From an uncultured bacterium (GTDB taxonomy: Bacteria > UBP6 > UBA1177 > JAKLFG01): a DNA stretch of 24,000 nucleotides. A program made the position numbers and the translations under genes. Below, piece by piece: positions 1 through 17,506 of the stretch. Location: assembly GCA_937871295.1 (NCBI GenBank), contig CALMRE010000151.1, forward strand, positions 25,754 to 49,753. The letters are read 5' to 3'. Positions within the stretch are counted from its first letter, which is position 1, and each line of letters starts with the position of its first letter. The notes beneath the pieces were generated by a model. It worked only from the letters and a program-made list of their open reading frames with translations, was not told the origin of the DNA and did no database searches.

Positions 1-1042
1 GGATATTCTCATCCTCGGTGCCGGAACAGTCGTCATCGATGCCATTGCACACCTCTTCGGCGCCCGGATATACGTCGGGGTTCGATTCGTCGCAGTCGTA
101 CAGTTGGCATTCGGCGCCGATACCGCCCGGGTCGCCGTCGAAGTTGATGCAACAGATCTGGTTGTTTGGTTTGCAGCCACGGCCGAGGTAATTGTCCTCC
201 TCGTCGTAGACATCGGCGCAGGAGAAGCCGGGAGCGCATTCGGCGTCGGTCACACAGGCGGTGAGACAGACCGGCGACCCGAGAAGGGGAGCGCAGATAT
301 CAGATCCGTACTTGCATTCCTGCGGGCCGCTCTCGCACGAAGCGCATATCCAGCCGTCGGGATCGATGCACCCCTCGACGGGACTACACAGTTGCGCCAG
401 ACCGCACAGTTCGTGGCGCGGAAGGTGATGACACTGACCTTCGATGATCGTCTCCTCGGTGCAATCGTAGGTATCCTCGCACACGATGATGAGATCGTCG
501 TCGGGAAGCGCCGTATCGATATCGACCGTCGGTTCGTCGGGGACGAAGGTATCCTCATCGACCACCACCGCATCGTCGCCGGTCAGCGTATCGGGCGCCA
601 CCATATCCTCATCGGACGGCGTGATCGTGTCGTCGCTGATAAATTCATCGGATTCATAGGTCAGGTCGGACTCATAGGACATATTGTCCACTTCGTCGTC
701 ATCGGCCGGCAGATCGTCTTCGGCGGCCAGCGCGTCGTCGGGTTCCACCGTACCGTCGTCGACCGGCAGATCGTCCTCGACCTCCGCCGCATCGTCGGGC
801 TCGATCATTTCGTCATCGACCGGCAGGACATCGATGTCCGCCGTATCGGTCCCCTCAGGGATCGTTTCGGTCTCGGGAAGCGCATCCTTTTCGGGGAGCC
901 CCGCCTCTCCTTCGGTCGTATCGGCCAGTTCATCGTTACCGCCGAAACCGTCATCGTCAACGACCGGTTTTTTCTGGCCGTCGCAGGCGACGATGAGCAG
1001 CAGAGCGAAAAGGATCGCGAAGAGTATCGTGGTTATTCTCAT
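1..1042 (-). CDS. Giant Cys-rich lipoprotein, paralog A (first 347 codons only; continues beyond window start)
   Basis: Absent from the ORF track because it has no in-window stop. Hand translation of the minus strand from ATG 1042-1040 gives MRITTILFAILFALLLIVACDGQKKPVVDDDGFGGNDELADTTEGEAGLPEKD..., with no stop in that frame down to base 2. An SD lies in the 10-nt gap after the stop of paralog B (TAGGGAGGCGGCCATG). It has lipobox IVAC and a long D/E-rich tract. A Cys-rich domain follows (..CHHLPRHELCG..ICCINFDGD..DCDESNPDVYPGAEEVCNGIDDDCSGTEDE), colinear with paralogs B-D. Confidence 0.85.
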   Translation of the reverse strand, partial: MRITTILFAILFALLLIVACDGQKKPVVDDDGFGGNDELADTTEGEAGLPEKDALPETETIPEGTDTADIDVLPVDDEMIEPDDAAEVEDDLPVDDGTVEPDDALAAEDDLPADDDEVDNMSYESDLTYESDEFISDDTITPSDEDMVAPDTLTGDDAVVVDEDTFVPDEPTVDIDTALPDDDLIIVCEDTYDCTEETIIEGQCHHLPRHELCGLAQLCSPVEGCIDPDGWICASCESGPQECKYGSDICAPLLGSPVCLTACVTDAECAPGFSCADVYDEEDNYLGRGCKPNNQICCINFDGDPGGIGAECQLYDCDESNPDVYPGAEEVCNGIDDDCSGTEDENI

Positions 1043-1052
1043 GGCCGCCTCC

Positions 1053-4625
<3,573 letters not shown>

Positions 4626-4656
4626 CGGATCCTCCGGTATGCGTAAAAAACAATCA

Positions 4657-7600
4657 TCAATAGGTCACCGTGATTGATTGGATCGGAGTATAACCACCGA
4701 ACCACTGCACCGCATCGTGCACCATCCGCCACTGGAACGGATAGGTGCCGGGGGTCGCGGGGGCGGTCGCCGTGAAGGTGAAGGTGAATGATGCACCCGG
4801 CGCGACAGTGCTGGCCCCGAGGCCGATACGGCCGGTGCCCCAGGTGCCGGTATCCTGCGGACTCTGTGAGCCGAGGTTGTGCGGGTCGCCGCCGACCGCG
4901 TCCCAAGTAAGCGAGCCGGTGTTCTGCATGGTGATGGAGAAAGTGAAAGTGGTCCCCCGTTTTATCGAGGTCGGCACGCCGGTCCAACTGACGAAGAGGG
5001 CATTATCGCTGCCGGTCGCCGTCGCCGGCACCTGACGCACGCAGGCCACACAGCCGGAGGTGTCGCCCCCGTTGTCGCAGGTCTCGTTGCCGCAGGTATA
5101 GTTGTCGTTGCAGACGTTCGCCGCCCTGACGGTGCAGTTGGTGTCGCAGGTCGAGCATTTGCCATTCCCGGTACCGAGGTCGCACGCCTCGCCGCCGTCT
5201 ATCACACCGTTGCCGCAGTAGGCGCCGCCGAAGTCGTACACGCTGGCCTTGTATCCGGTCACACCGGTCGAACCGGGATTGCCCAGCGATGCGCCGCCGG
5301 TGCCGCCCGCACCGCCCGCGCCGCCATTGAATGAGTTGTTGGTCGTATAATCGGGAGCGGCGGTAACATTGTTCAACGCCACGCCGAGGGCGACACCGCC
5401 CGCACCGCCGCCGCCGCCGCCGCCATGACCGCCGCGACCACCCTTACCCCCTTTGCCGGCATTTCCGGAACACCAACGAGGAATCGTAGTGCCTACAATA
5501 CCGCCATCACCGCCATTACCACCGACGCCGCCGATACCACCATTGCCTCCTTTGCCACCGGTACCGCCGGTGCCGATGACAATGATGTTGTTCTGGAGGG
5601 TCGGGGCCGTCGTGTTTATCAGGAAGATACCGAACGAACCGCCGCCGTAAGTACCGGCTGTCGCGCCGGTCGCACCGCAACCGCCCGCGCCGCCGCCGCC
5701 GCCGTGGGCACCCAGCATATCATCGTAATCGGTAAGCGAATTGCTCCCGCCGCCCGCGCCGCCGCCGCCGCCACCGCCGCCCACCGTACCGGTACCACCG
5801 GCAACACCGCCGCCGCCGACCCAATGGCCGGCCGCGATACCGCCGGTCGCATTGAGAGCACCGCCACCGCCAGAACCCTCGGTACCGGTCGCTCCGTCGA
5901 CGCCGTTAAATCCGTTCTTCGACTGGGACAGTGAGAATTCGTTGCAGTAATAAGTGGATCCATCATCGGTGAAGGTCATGTCATATCCTTCCAAACCGCC
6001 TGCACCGCCACCTGTACCCTGACCATTACCACCGGGAGCGCCACTGGTCGGTGTATTGTTGACCGGTGAACAGGTATTACCGCCGCCTGCGCCGCCGTTG
6101 GCGTTACTGCAGGAACCATTCGTGCCACCGTTGGCATACTGGCGATTATCGGAACTGTCGCAACAACTCCAACCACCACAGTCATAAGATGAATATATAG
6201 AATCGTACCCTGCCGGATTCGAGGCACGCCCGACACCATTGCCGCCCGCCGCACCGGCCGAACCAGCACTGCCGTCGGCACCGGGACCGCCCGTCGCGCC
6301 GTAGATGGTGTTGTAGCGGATGGTGAGATCGGCGTCACAGCCGCTCACATACATCGCGTAGGAGTTGCCGCCGGTGCCTGTCGCCGCCTGTCCGTAGATG
6401 ACGAAACCTTCAAGCACCGTGGTGCTCGTGATGTTGAGAGCGATGACGGTCGCCTTATGCGGCTCATACGCGGTCGTATTGCCGCGCCACACCGTAAGCG
6501 TCGAAGTGAGATGTCGTTCCCACGTATCGGCCTTGTAGCCGCCGTAGAGCGAAACGCCGTTGACCAGAATCACCGTTTCGTTGTAGAGCCCGTCGGCCAC
6601 ATGGAGATTTCCCCGGCCGGTCTCGCCGGCACGAGTAAGACCATGCGTGATCGTTTTGCAGGGATGATTCCCTGCGCCGGTGCCGATCGGACCAAGGCCG
6701 CAGGTGGCATCGTCGAGCGCCTGCGCATCGGCCGTCGAGACATAGATGACGCTCGCTTCGAGCGCGAACTCACAGCCGTCGTCGGGGATGCCGTTCAGAT
6801 CGAAGTACCCGGAGTTGCAGGTAAGTTGGCAGACCGGCGCGCCGGTCGAATTGCAGGTGCCGTAGCCGTTGGGTTTGTTGTAAATGACCGCGCAGTTGGT
6901 GGAACAATCGCCGCAGGCGGTATTCAGCGTGTATTTGCCGCCGTTGAGATAGCCTTCGTCCACGGTGCCGTCGCAGTCGTTGTCGAGATAATCGCACGAA
7001 TTCTCGTCCGCCGCATAATTCCCGCCGTAACTGCCCGCCGTGCAGGCGAGCCAGCCCGAGGCGCCGCCGCAGATCTGCCGCGCATCCTTGCAGACGCCCG
7101 CCTGCAACGGACAAAGCGGGGCATAGGAGGCGACATTCTCGTCGGACGAACCGTCACAGTCGTTATCCTTGCCGTCGCAGAGCGTTTCATTCTGCTCGTA
7201 GGTTCCGTTCACATTGGCCGCGTACTGGGTCGGTCCGCAGACGAGCCAACCGGCCGTGCCGCCGCACGACTGCCGCGTACCGGCGCAGACGCCGGTCTGG
7301 TTGGCGCAAAGCGCGCCGGTCAGGCCGTTATCCACTCCTCCGGTGCAATCGTTGTCGATGCCGTCGCATACCTCAGAAGTGCCGCTTGCGGACGGCGCAT
7401 TGCATTCGATGCCGCTCTTATCGCCGTTGCAGACATAGACGCCGCTTCGCGCACAGGCGCCCGCCAATCCATTCGTACAGGCGGTCCCTTTGAGCGGCCA
7501 CAGATCGTCGATCCCGTTCACGCAATCGTTGTCGATGCCGTCGCATTGTTCCGGCGTACCGCTCACTATCGGCGCATTGCACTCCAGACCATCCTTCGCG

Positions 7601-10600
7601 CCGTTGCAGACATAGATGCCGGGCCGTTCGCAGGCGCCGGCCAAGCCATTCGAGCAGACGGTGTTCTTGGCGGGCCACGGTTCGTCCACGCCGCCTACGC
7701 AGTTATTGTCGAGCCCGTCACAGAGTTCGGCGGCCGGGGAACCTTCGGTCGCGTTGCAGACGACTCCGTCGCCATCGCCGTTGCAGACCGTGATGCCGTT
7801 GCGCAGACATTCGCCGGTCCCCACCGAACATGCCTTGCCCTTGTCCGCAGCGTAGGCCTCGTCGACCTCACCGTTGCAGTTGTCGTCCAGCCCGTTGCAC
7901 GGATCGTCAAGTGACGGTATCCCGGCCACCGCGTTGCATTCGACCTCATCTTCATCGCCGTTGCACACGAGTATGCCCGCCTGACGACAGGCGCCGACAC
8001 CATCGTAGCACACATCACTCTTGCACCCTTCCGGGTTGTCGCAGGTCCCTTCGTGGCGGGTCCACGGATCATCTATCGTCCCGTTGCAGTCGTCGTCGAT
8101 AGCGTTGCAGGTCTCGACAAAGCCGGCATTATCGATGATCGGCGCATTGCATTCGATGCCGCTTTTGTCGCCCGTGCAGACATACATGCCGGTCCGTTCA
8201 CAGGCGCCGACCTGCCCGTTCGAACAGGCGGTGTTCTTGAGTAGCCACGTCTCGTCCACCGAACCGTTGCAGTCGTTGTCCAGACCGTCGCAGAGGTTCT
8301 CGGTACCCGGATCGCCCTCCACCGCGTTGCACATGACATCGGACCCGTCGCCGTTGCACACGACGATGCCGGTCGCCAGACAGACACCCTCGCCCACCGA
8401 GCAGACCTCGTTCTTACAGCCGTTCGGATTGTCGCATATTCCTTCTTGACGGATCCACGGTTCGTCCACTTCGCCGTCACAGTCGTCATCGATCCCGTTA
8501 CAGGATTCGGTGAGTCCGGCGGTATTGATCGTCGGCGCATTGCATTCGATACCGCTCTTGTCGCCCGTGCAGACGTAGATGCCGGGCCGTTCACAGGCCC
8601 CTTCCAACCCATTGGAACAGGCGGTGTTCTTGAGCGGCCAGGTTTCATCGACGCCGCCCGCGCAGTTATTGTCGATACCGTCGCACTGTTCGGGAGTGCC
8701 GGCGATGATCGGCGCATTGCATTCGATACCGCTCTTGTCGCCCGTGCAGACATAGATGCCGGTCCGCTCACAGGCGCCGACCTGCCCGTTGGAGCAGGCG
8801 GTGTTCTTGAGCGGCCAGGTTTCATCGACGCCGCCCGCGCAGTTGTTGTCGATACCGTCGCACACTTCGGCGGTGCCGGTCACTATCGGCGCATTGCATT
8901 CGATACCGCTCTTGTCGCCCGTGCAGACGTAGATGCCGGGCCGTTCACAGGCCCCTTCCAACCCATTGGAACAGGCGGTGTTCTTGAGCGGCCAGGTTTC
9001 ATCGACGCCGCCCGCGCAGTTATTGTCGATACCGTCGCACTGTTCGGGAGTGCCGGCGATGATCGGCGCATTGCATTCGATACCGCTCTTGTCGCCCGTG
9101 CAGACATAGATGCCGGTCCGCTCGCAGGCGCCCGCCAAGCCGTTCGAACAGGGGGTGTTCTTGAGCGGCCACGGCTCGTCAACTCCATCTGCGCAGTTGT
9201 TGTCGAGCCCATCGCACCGTTCGGCGATGGGATCTCCGGGAACGGCTCCACAGACGACGCTTAATTGGTCGGGTGCGCATATCGTAACACCGTTGCGGAG
9301 ACATTCGCCCACGCCCAGCGAACAGGGCTGGTTCTTCGCGGCAAAGCCTTCGTCGACCTCGCCGTCGCAGTCGTCATCGAGGTTGTTACAGAACTCGGTC
9401 TCGGCCGGCGTCCCTTCGACCGCATTACATTCGACATCCTCCTGCGTCGCGTTGCAGACGAGTATCCCCGCAGTGCGGCATGCGCCGACCCCGGCGTAGC
9501 AGACCTCGTTCTTACAGCCGTTGGGGTTATCGCAGATGCCGTCGTGACGGTTCCACGGCTGATCGGCCTCGCCGTCGCAGTCGTTGTCGATATCGTCGCA
9601 TTTGTTCTCGATGCCCCCGGTGAGATCGGACGGATCGGGAATACCGGCGGTCGCCGAACAGGTCGTACCGCCGCCCAAACAGACGCGCACACCGGTCGCG
9701 CGGCAGACCCCTTCACCGACATAGCAGAGGTCCCCTTTGCAGTCGGCGGTACAGCCGACATTGCGGTTCCACGGCTCGTCGACCTGCCCGTCGCAGTTGT
9801 TGTCCTTATTGTCGCAGGTGAGTTCCTCGGGCGCTTCGGGCGCCGGTTTGGGTTCCGCGCCGCACTCGACGCTCAGTTTGTCGTCGGCGCAGAGGGTCAC
9901 GCCGTTGGACAGGCAAACGCCGATGCCGGCGGAGCAAACCTTGTAGAGTTCCGCCGCGAACGGCTCGTCTATCTGGCCGTTGCAGTCGTTGTCGATGCTG
10001 TCGCACCAAGTTTCGACCGACTGCCAGTCGGCGCTGTTGCCGGCGTATTCGGTATCGGTGCAGACGGCCCAGCCGTTCGCGCCATCGCAGGAATGACGCG
10101 CACCGAAGCAGGCGCCGTCCTGCTCCTCGCAGTAGGGACCGAGCACCCCTTCATCCACGCCATCGACACAGTTGTCGTCCCGGCCATTGCATATCTCCAG
10201 CGCGCCGGGATAGACCGACGCGTCCGATTCGTCGCAGTCCTGCGCCGAACAGTCGGCGCCGATGCCCGACGAATCACCGTCGAAATTCATACAGCAGACC
10301 GAGTTGTCGGGAACACACCCGAAGCCGAGCGACTGATCCAGTTCGTCGAAGATCTCGGTGCAGGTGAAACCGTCGAGGCATTCCGACTGGTAGGTGCAGG
10401 GGGTCAGGCAGAACGGATCGGCGGTGAGCCGTATCCTGCCGCAGATGTCGGTAGTATGGGCGCAGTCACCCACCCCGTCGGGGCAGGTGATGCAGGCCCA
10501 TCCGGACGCCGGACGGCACCCTTCGGTCTGGTCGCACAACTCGCCGAGGCCGCATTCATCGTGTTGGGCGATGTGGCGGCACTGACCGCCGACAATGAGT

Positions 10601-11172
10601 TCGGTAGTGCAGGCGACGCCGTCATCCTCGCAGGTAACGATGATATCTATGTCGACCGGAATAATGTCGAGGTCGACCACATCGACCGTTTCGTCCGCCG
10701 TTTCATCCGGGGACTCATCAGACTGATCGGTCTGATCAGACTGATCATCAACGGTGTCCTCGTCAACAGGATCCGGCAGATCGGTCTGATCCGACTGATC
10801 GTCAGTCATATCTTCATCGACCGTCTCGTCGAGCGCCACATCCACCGTTTCATCTAGCGTTTCATCCGGGGATTCATCCGACTGATCGGTCTGATCGGTC
10901 TGATCCGACAGATCGTCAACGGTGTCCTCGTCGGTGACGATCTCATCACCCGTCCCGTCCTCGTCGAACGCGACAACATCGTCGTCGGGTTTCGCCTCGA
11001 CCTCCGGAAGGCCGTCCTTTTCGGGGAGGCCGTCGGGAATGATATCGTCGGCGCCGATGGCGTCGATGTCGTTGCCGTCGCCGTTGTCGGTCGCCGGTTT
11101 ATTTTTGCTGTCGCAGGAGGCGACGAGGAGCAGGGCAAGGAGCGCGGTGATGATGACGATATGTTTTTTCAT
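4657..11172 (-). CDS. Giant Cys-rich lipoprotein, paralog C (2171 aa): same architecture with 18 MopE-type repeats plus a unique C-terminal Cys-rich repeat and NBR1-like Ig domain
   Basis: I place the start at ATG 11172, not the track's 11280. That gives MKKHIVIITALLALLLVASCDSKN (lipobox VASC, Cys20) and sits 10 nt after the stop of paralog D, with an SD embedded in TAAGGAGGCGGCCATG. Acidic tether aa 21-180 (10633-11112). Cys domain from C181 (10632). Repeat array 6955-10191. Beta-helix region about 6280-6801 ('VIYVSTADA..HPCKTITHGLTRA..HVADGLYNETVIL'). Gly-rich region 5221-6279. C-terminal extension 4660-5220. Stop TGA at 4657-4659. Confidence 0.9.
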   Translation of the reverse strand: MKKHIVIITALLALLLVASCDSKNKPATDNGDGNDIDAIGADDIIPDGLPEKDGLPEVEAKPDDDVVAFDEDGTGDEIVTDEDTVDDLSDQTDQTDQSDESPDETLDETVDVALDETVDEDMTDDQSDQTDLPDPVDEDTVDDQSDQTDQSDESPDETADETVDVVDLDIIPVDIDIIVTCEDDGVACTTELIVGGQCRHIAQHDECGLGELCDQTEGCRPASGWACITCPDGVGDCAHTTDICGRIRLTADPFCLTPCTYQSECLDGFTCTEIFDELDQSLGFGCVPDNSVCCMNFDGDSSGIGADCSAQDCDESDASVYPGALEICNGRDDNCVDGVDEGVLGPYCEEQDGACFGARHSCDGANGWAVCTDTEYAGNSADWQSVETWCDSIDNDCNGQIDEPFAAELYKVCSAGIGVCLSNGVTLCADDKLSVECGAEPKPAPEAPEELTCDNKDNNCDGQVDEPWNRNVGCTADCKGDLCYVGEGVCRATGVRVCLGGGTTCSATAGIPDPSDLTGGIENKCDDIDNDCDGEADQPWNRHDGICDNPNGCKNEVCYAGVGACRTAGILVCNATQEDVECNAVEGTPAETEFCNNLDDDCDGEVDEGFAAKNQPCSLGVGECLRNGVTICAPDQLSVVCGAVPGDPIAERCDGLDNNCADGVDEPWPLKNTPCSNGLAGACERTGIYVCTGDKSGIECNAPIIAGTPEQCDGIDNNCAGGVDETWPLKNTACSNGLEGACERPGIYVCTGDKSGIECNAPIVTGTAEVCDGIDNNCAGGVDETWPLKNTACSNGQVGACERTGIYVCTGDKSGIECNAPIIAGTPEQCDGIDNNCAGGVDETWPLKNTACSNGLEGACERPGIYVCTGDKSGIECNAPTINTAGLTESCNGIDDDCDGEVDEPWIRQEGICDNPNGCKNEVCSVGEGVCLATGIVVCNGDGSDVMCNAVEGDPGTENLCDGLDNDCNGSVDETWLLKNTACSNGQVGACERTGMYVCTGDKSGIECNAPIIDNAGFVETCNAIDDDCNGTIDDPWTRHEGTCDNPEGCKSDVCYDGVGACRQAGILVCNGDEDEVECNAVAGIPSLDDPCNGLDDNCNGEVDEAYAADKGKACSVGTGECLRNGITVCNGDGDGVVCNATEGSPAAELCDGLDNNCVGGVDEPWPAKNTVCSNGLAGACERPGIYVCNGAKDGLECNAPIVSGTPEQCDGIDNDCVNGIDDLWPLKGTACTNGLAGACARSGVYVCNGDKSGIECNAPSASGTSEVCDGIDNDCTGGVDNGLTGALCANQTGVCAGTRQSCGGTAGWLVCGPTQYAANVNGTYEQNETLCDGKDNDCDGSSDENVASYAPLCPLQAGVCKDARQICGGASGWLACTAGSYGGNYAADENSCDYLDNDCDGTVDEGYLNGGKYTLNTACGDCSTNCAVIYNKPNGYGTCNSTGAPVCQLTCNSGYFDLNGIPDDGCEFALEASVIYVSTADAQALDDATCGLGPIGTGAGNHPCKTITHGLTRAGETGRGNLHVADGLYNETVILVNGVSLYGGYKADTWERHLTSTLTVWRGNTTAYEPHKATVIALNITSTTVLEGFVIYGQAATGTGGNSYAMYVSGCDADLTIRYNTIYGATGGPGADGSAGSAGAAGGNGVGRASNPAGYDSIYSSYDCGGWSCCDSSDNRQYANGGTNGSCSNANGGAGGGNTCSPVNNTPTSGAPGGNGQGTGGGAGGLEGYDMTFTDDGSTYYCNEFSLSQSKNGFNGVDGATGTEGSGGGGALNATGGIAAGHWVGGGGVAGGTGTVGGGGGGGGAGGGSNSLTDYDDMLGAHGGGGGAGGCGATGATAGTYGGGSFGIFLINTTAPTLQNNIIVIGTGGTGGKGGNGGIGGVGGNGGDGGIVGTTIPRWCSGNAGKGGKGGRGGHGGGGGGGAGGVALGVALNNVTAAPDYTTNNSFNGGAGGAGGTGGASLGNPGSTGVTGYKASVYDFGGAYCGNGVIDGGEACDLGTGNGKCSTCDTNCTVRAANVCNDNYTCGNETCDNGGDTSGCVACVRQVPATATGSDNALFVSWTGVPTSIKRGTTFTFSITMQNTGSLTWDAVGGDPHNLGSQSPQDTGTWGTGRIGLGASTVAPGASFTFTFTATAPATPGTYPFQWRMVHDAVQWFGGYTPIQSITVTY
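4660..5220 (-). other. C-terminal extension unique to paralog C: Myxococcus-type Cys-rich repeat (5032-5220) plus NBR1-like Ig-fold domain (4660-5031)
   Basis: 'YCGNGVIDGGEACDLGTGNGKCSTCDTNC..CGNETCDNGGDTSGCVAC' resembles the CGNG..GE.CD..N Myxococcus cysteine-rich repeat (TIGR02232-type). 'FVSWTGVPTSIKRGTTFTFSITMQNTGSLTW..GTWGTGRIGL..VAPGASFTFTFTATAPATPGTYPFQWRMVHDAVQWFG' matches the pattern of bacterial NBR1-Ig-like (N_BRCA1_IG-type) domains. Assignment is by motif recognition only. Confidence 0.6.
6955..10191 (-). repeat. Array of 18 MopE-type Cys/Asp repeats in paralog C
   Basis: Hand count of 18 motifs, from CNGRDDNCVDGVDE (C codon 10189-10191) to CDYLDNDCDGTVDE (E codon 6955-6957). Spacers are about 45-75 aa and carry 4-6 further Cys (for example ..C.NG..G.CER.G.YVC.GDKSGIECNAP..). 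Confidence 0.8.
8509..9216 (-). repeat. Four tandem 177-bp (59-aa) units inside paralog C, including a 354-bp two-unit duplication with 238 bp of perfect identity
   Basis: Bases 8532-8769 are identical base for base to 8886-9123 (offset 354 bp), checked by hand. The first mismatch is at 8770 (a) versus 9124 (g). Unit consensus: CDGIDNNCAGGVDETWPLKNTACSNG..GACER.GIYVCTGDKSGIECNAPI..GT.E. Confidence 0.9.
10684..10932 (-). repeat. Imperfect direct repeat (about 80-90 bp, offset 159 bp) in the acidic tether of paralog C
   Basis: gtttcatccgggga occurs at 10700 and again at 10859. Copies 10684-10764 and 10843-10932 share ..tcatccgggga.tcatc.gactgatcggtctgatc..aacggtgtcctcgtc. The upstream-coordinate copy is 9 bp longer (one extra ggtctgatc unit). 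They encode DEDTVDD(L/Q)SDQTDQ(TDQ)SDESPDET(L/A)DETVDV. Confidence 0.8.
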
Positions 11173-11182
11173 GGCCGCCTCC

Positions 11183-16888
<5,706 letters not shown>

Positions 16889-16940
16889 GATCAACCCCTT
16901 ATCCTTACAGTTCGACATATTTTTGAACAGGTACCCAAGG

Positions 16941-16968
16941 ATTATATACGGGAGGACGGGAAAAGCAA
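16941..16968 (-). promoter_or_regulatory. Putative sigma70-type promoter for the giant-lipoprotein row (TTGCTT-16 nt-TATAAT)
   Basis: On the minus strand: -35 TTGCTT (rc of 16963-16968), a 16-nt spacer, then -10 TATAAT (rc of 16941-16946). It lies in the only AT-rich patch of the 89-bp gap between the small membrane protein gene and paralog D, about 50 nt upstream of ATG 16888. This is a sequence match only. Confidence 0.4.
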
Positions 16969-16977
16969 CCAGAAATA

Positions 16978-17496
16978 TCAGTTGATGCAGTCGCAGTCTA
17001 CGCCGTTGTCGCGGACTGCGTCGAGATATGAGCCAACCAATATTTCCGAGTAGTTACGAGATTCGCCGGAGGGGAATTCGGCGGTCGGCGGGTATTTTAT
17101 ATAGCCGCAACGGGTGCTGAGGGTCAACGTGTACTGTTCGGTCGCGTTGGCGAAGGTGATCATCGCATCGTGACCGCACTCCTGCCGGGGACCGTCGAAT
17201 ACGATCGACATCCCGATCCGCATCGTGAGGTAGCCGAGCCCTTCGCGCATCTCGAGACAGCGGCACTGTTTCGAGGGATCGTTCGTGTCCTTGAGCGCAA
17301 TGATGGTGGCGGTGTCGTACTTCGCCATCTCCCCCTTGAACGAGAACCCGGCGACAAGCATCCACCCCGCGATAAGCGTAATGACCAGATCGGTCACCAC
17401 AAAAGCGATGAAAAGTCCTTTTCTCACTTTCTTCTTCGCGCCGAACTGTTCGAGGTCGAGTTCCTGTTCGGCGGCTTGTCTCGGTTCTCCGGTCAT
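16978..17496 (-). CDS. Hypothetical single-pass membrane protein (172 aa), Cys-containing extracytoplasmic domain
   Basis: I prefer ATG 17496 (MTGEPRQAAEQELDLEQFGAKKKVRKG..), with SD AGGAG in TAGGAGATCGCCCATG directly after the MFS stop. The track start at 17586 is a TTG that would overlap the MFS gene. One hydrophobic helix (LFIAFVVTDLVITLIAGWMLVAGF) is followed by about 120 aa with no motif I recognise, ending ..NGVDCDCIN. Confidence 0.6.
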   Translation of the reverse strand: MTGEPRQAAEQELDLEQFGAKKKVRKGLFIAFVVTDLVITLIAGWMLVAGFSFKGEMAKYDTATIIALKDTNDPSKQCRCLEMREGLGYLTMRIGMSIVFDGPRQECGHDAMITFANATEQYTLTLSTRCGYIKYPPTAEFPSGESRNYSEILVGSYLDAVRDNGVDCDCIN

Positions 17497-17506
17497 GGGC
17501 GATCTC

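Noticed and set aside
8532-9123. Diversity-generating retroelement (template/variable repeat pair) as an explanation for the duplicated segment.
   Set aside because: The two copies are perfectly identical rather than differing at adenine positions. They lie in tandem register inside one gene, and no reverse transcriptase is present in the window.
8509-9216. The regular 177-bp periodicity could suggest a CRISPR array or satellite.
   Set aside because: The period is far too long for CRISPR. There is no repeat/unique-spacer alternation. The region is an uninterrupted reading frame encoding 59-aa Cys-rich protein modules.
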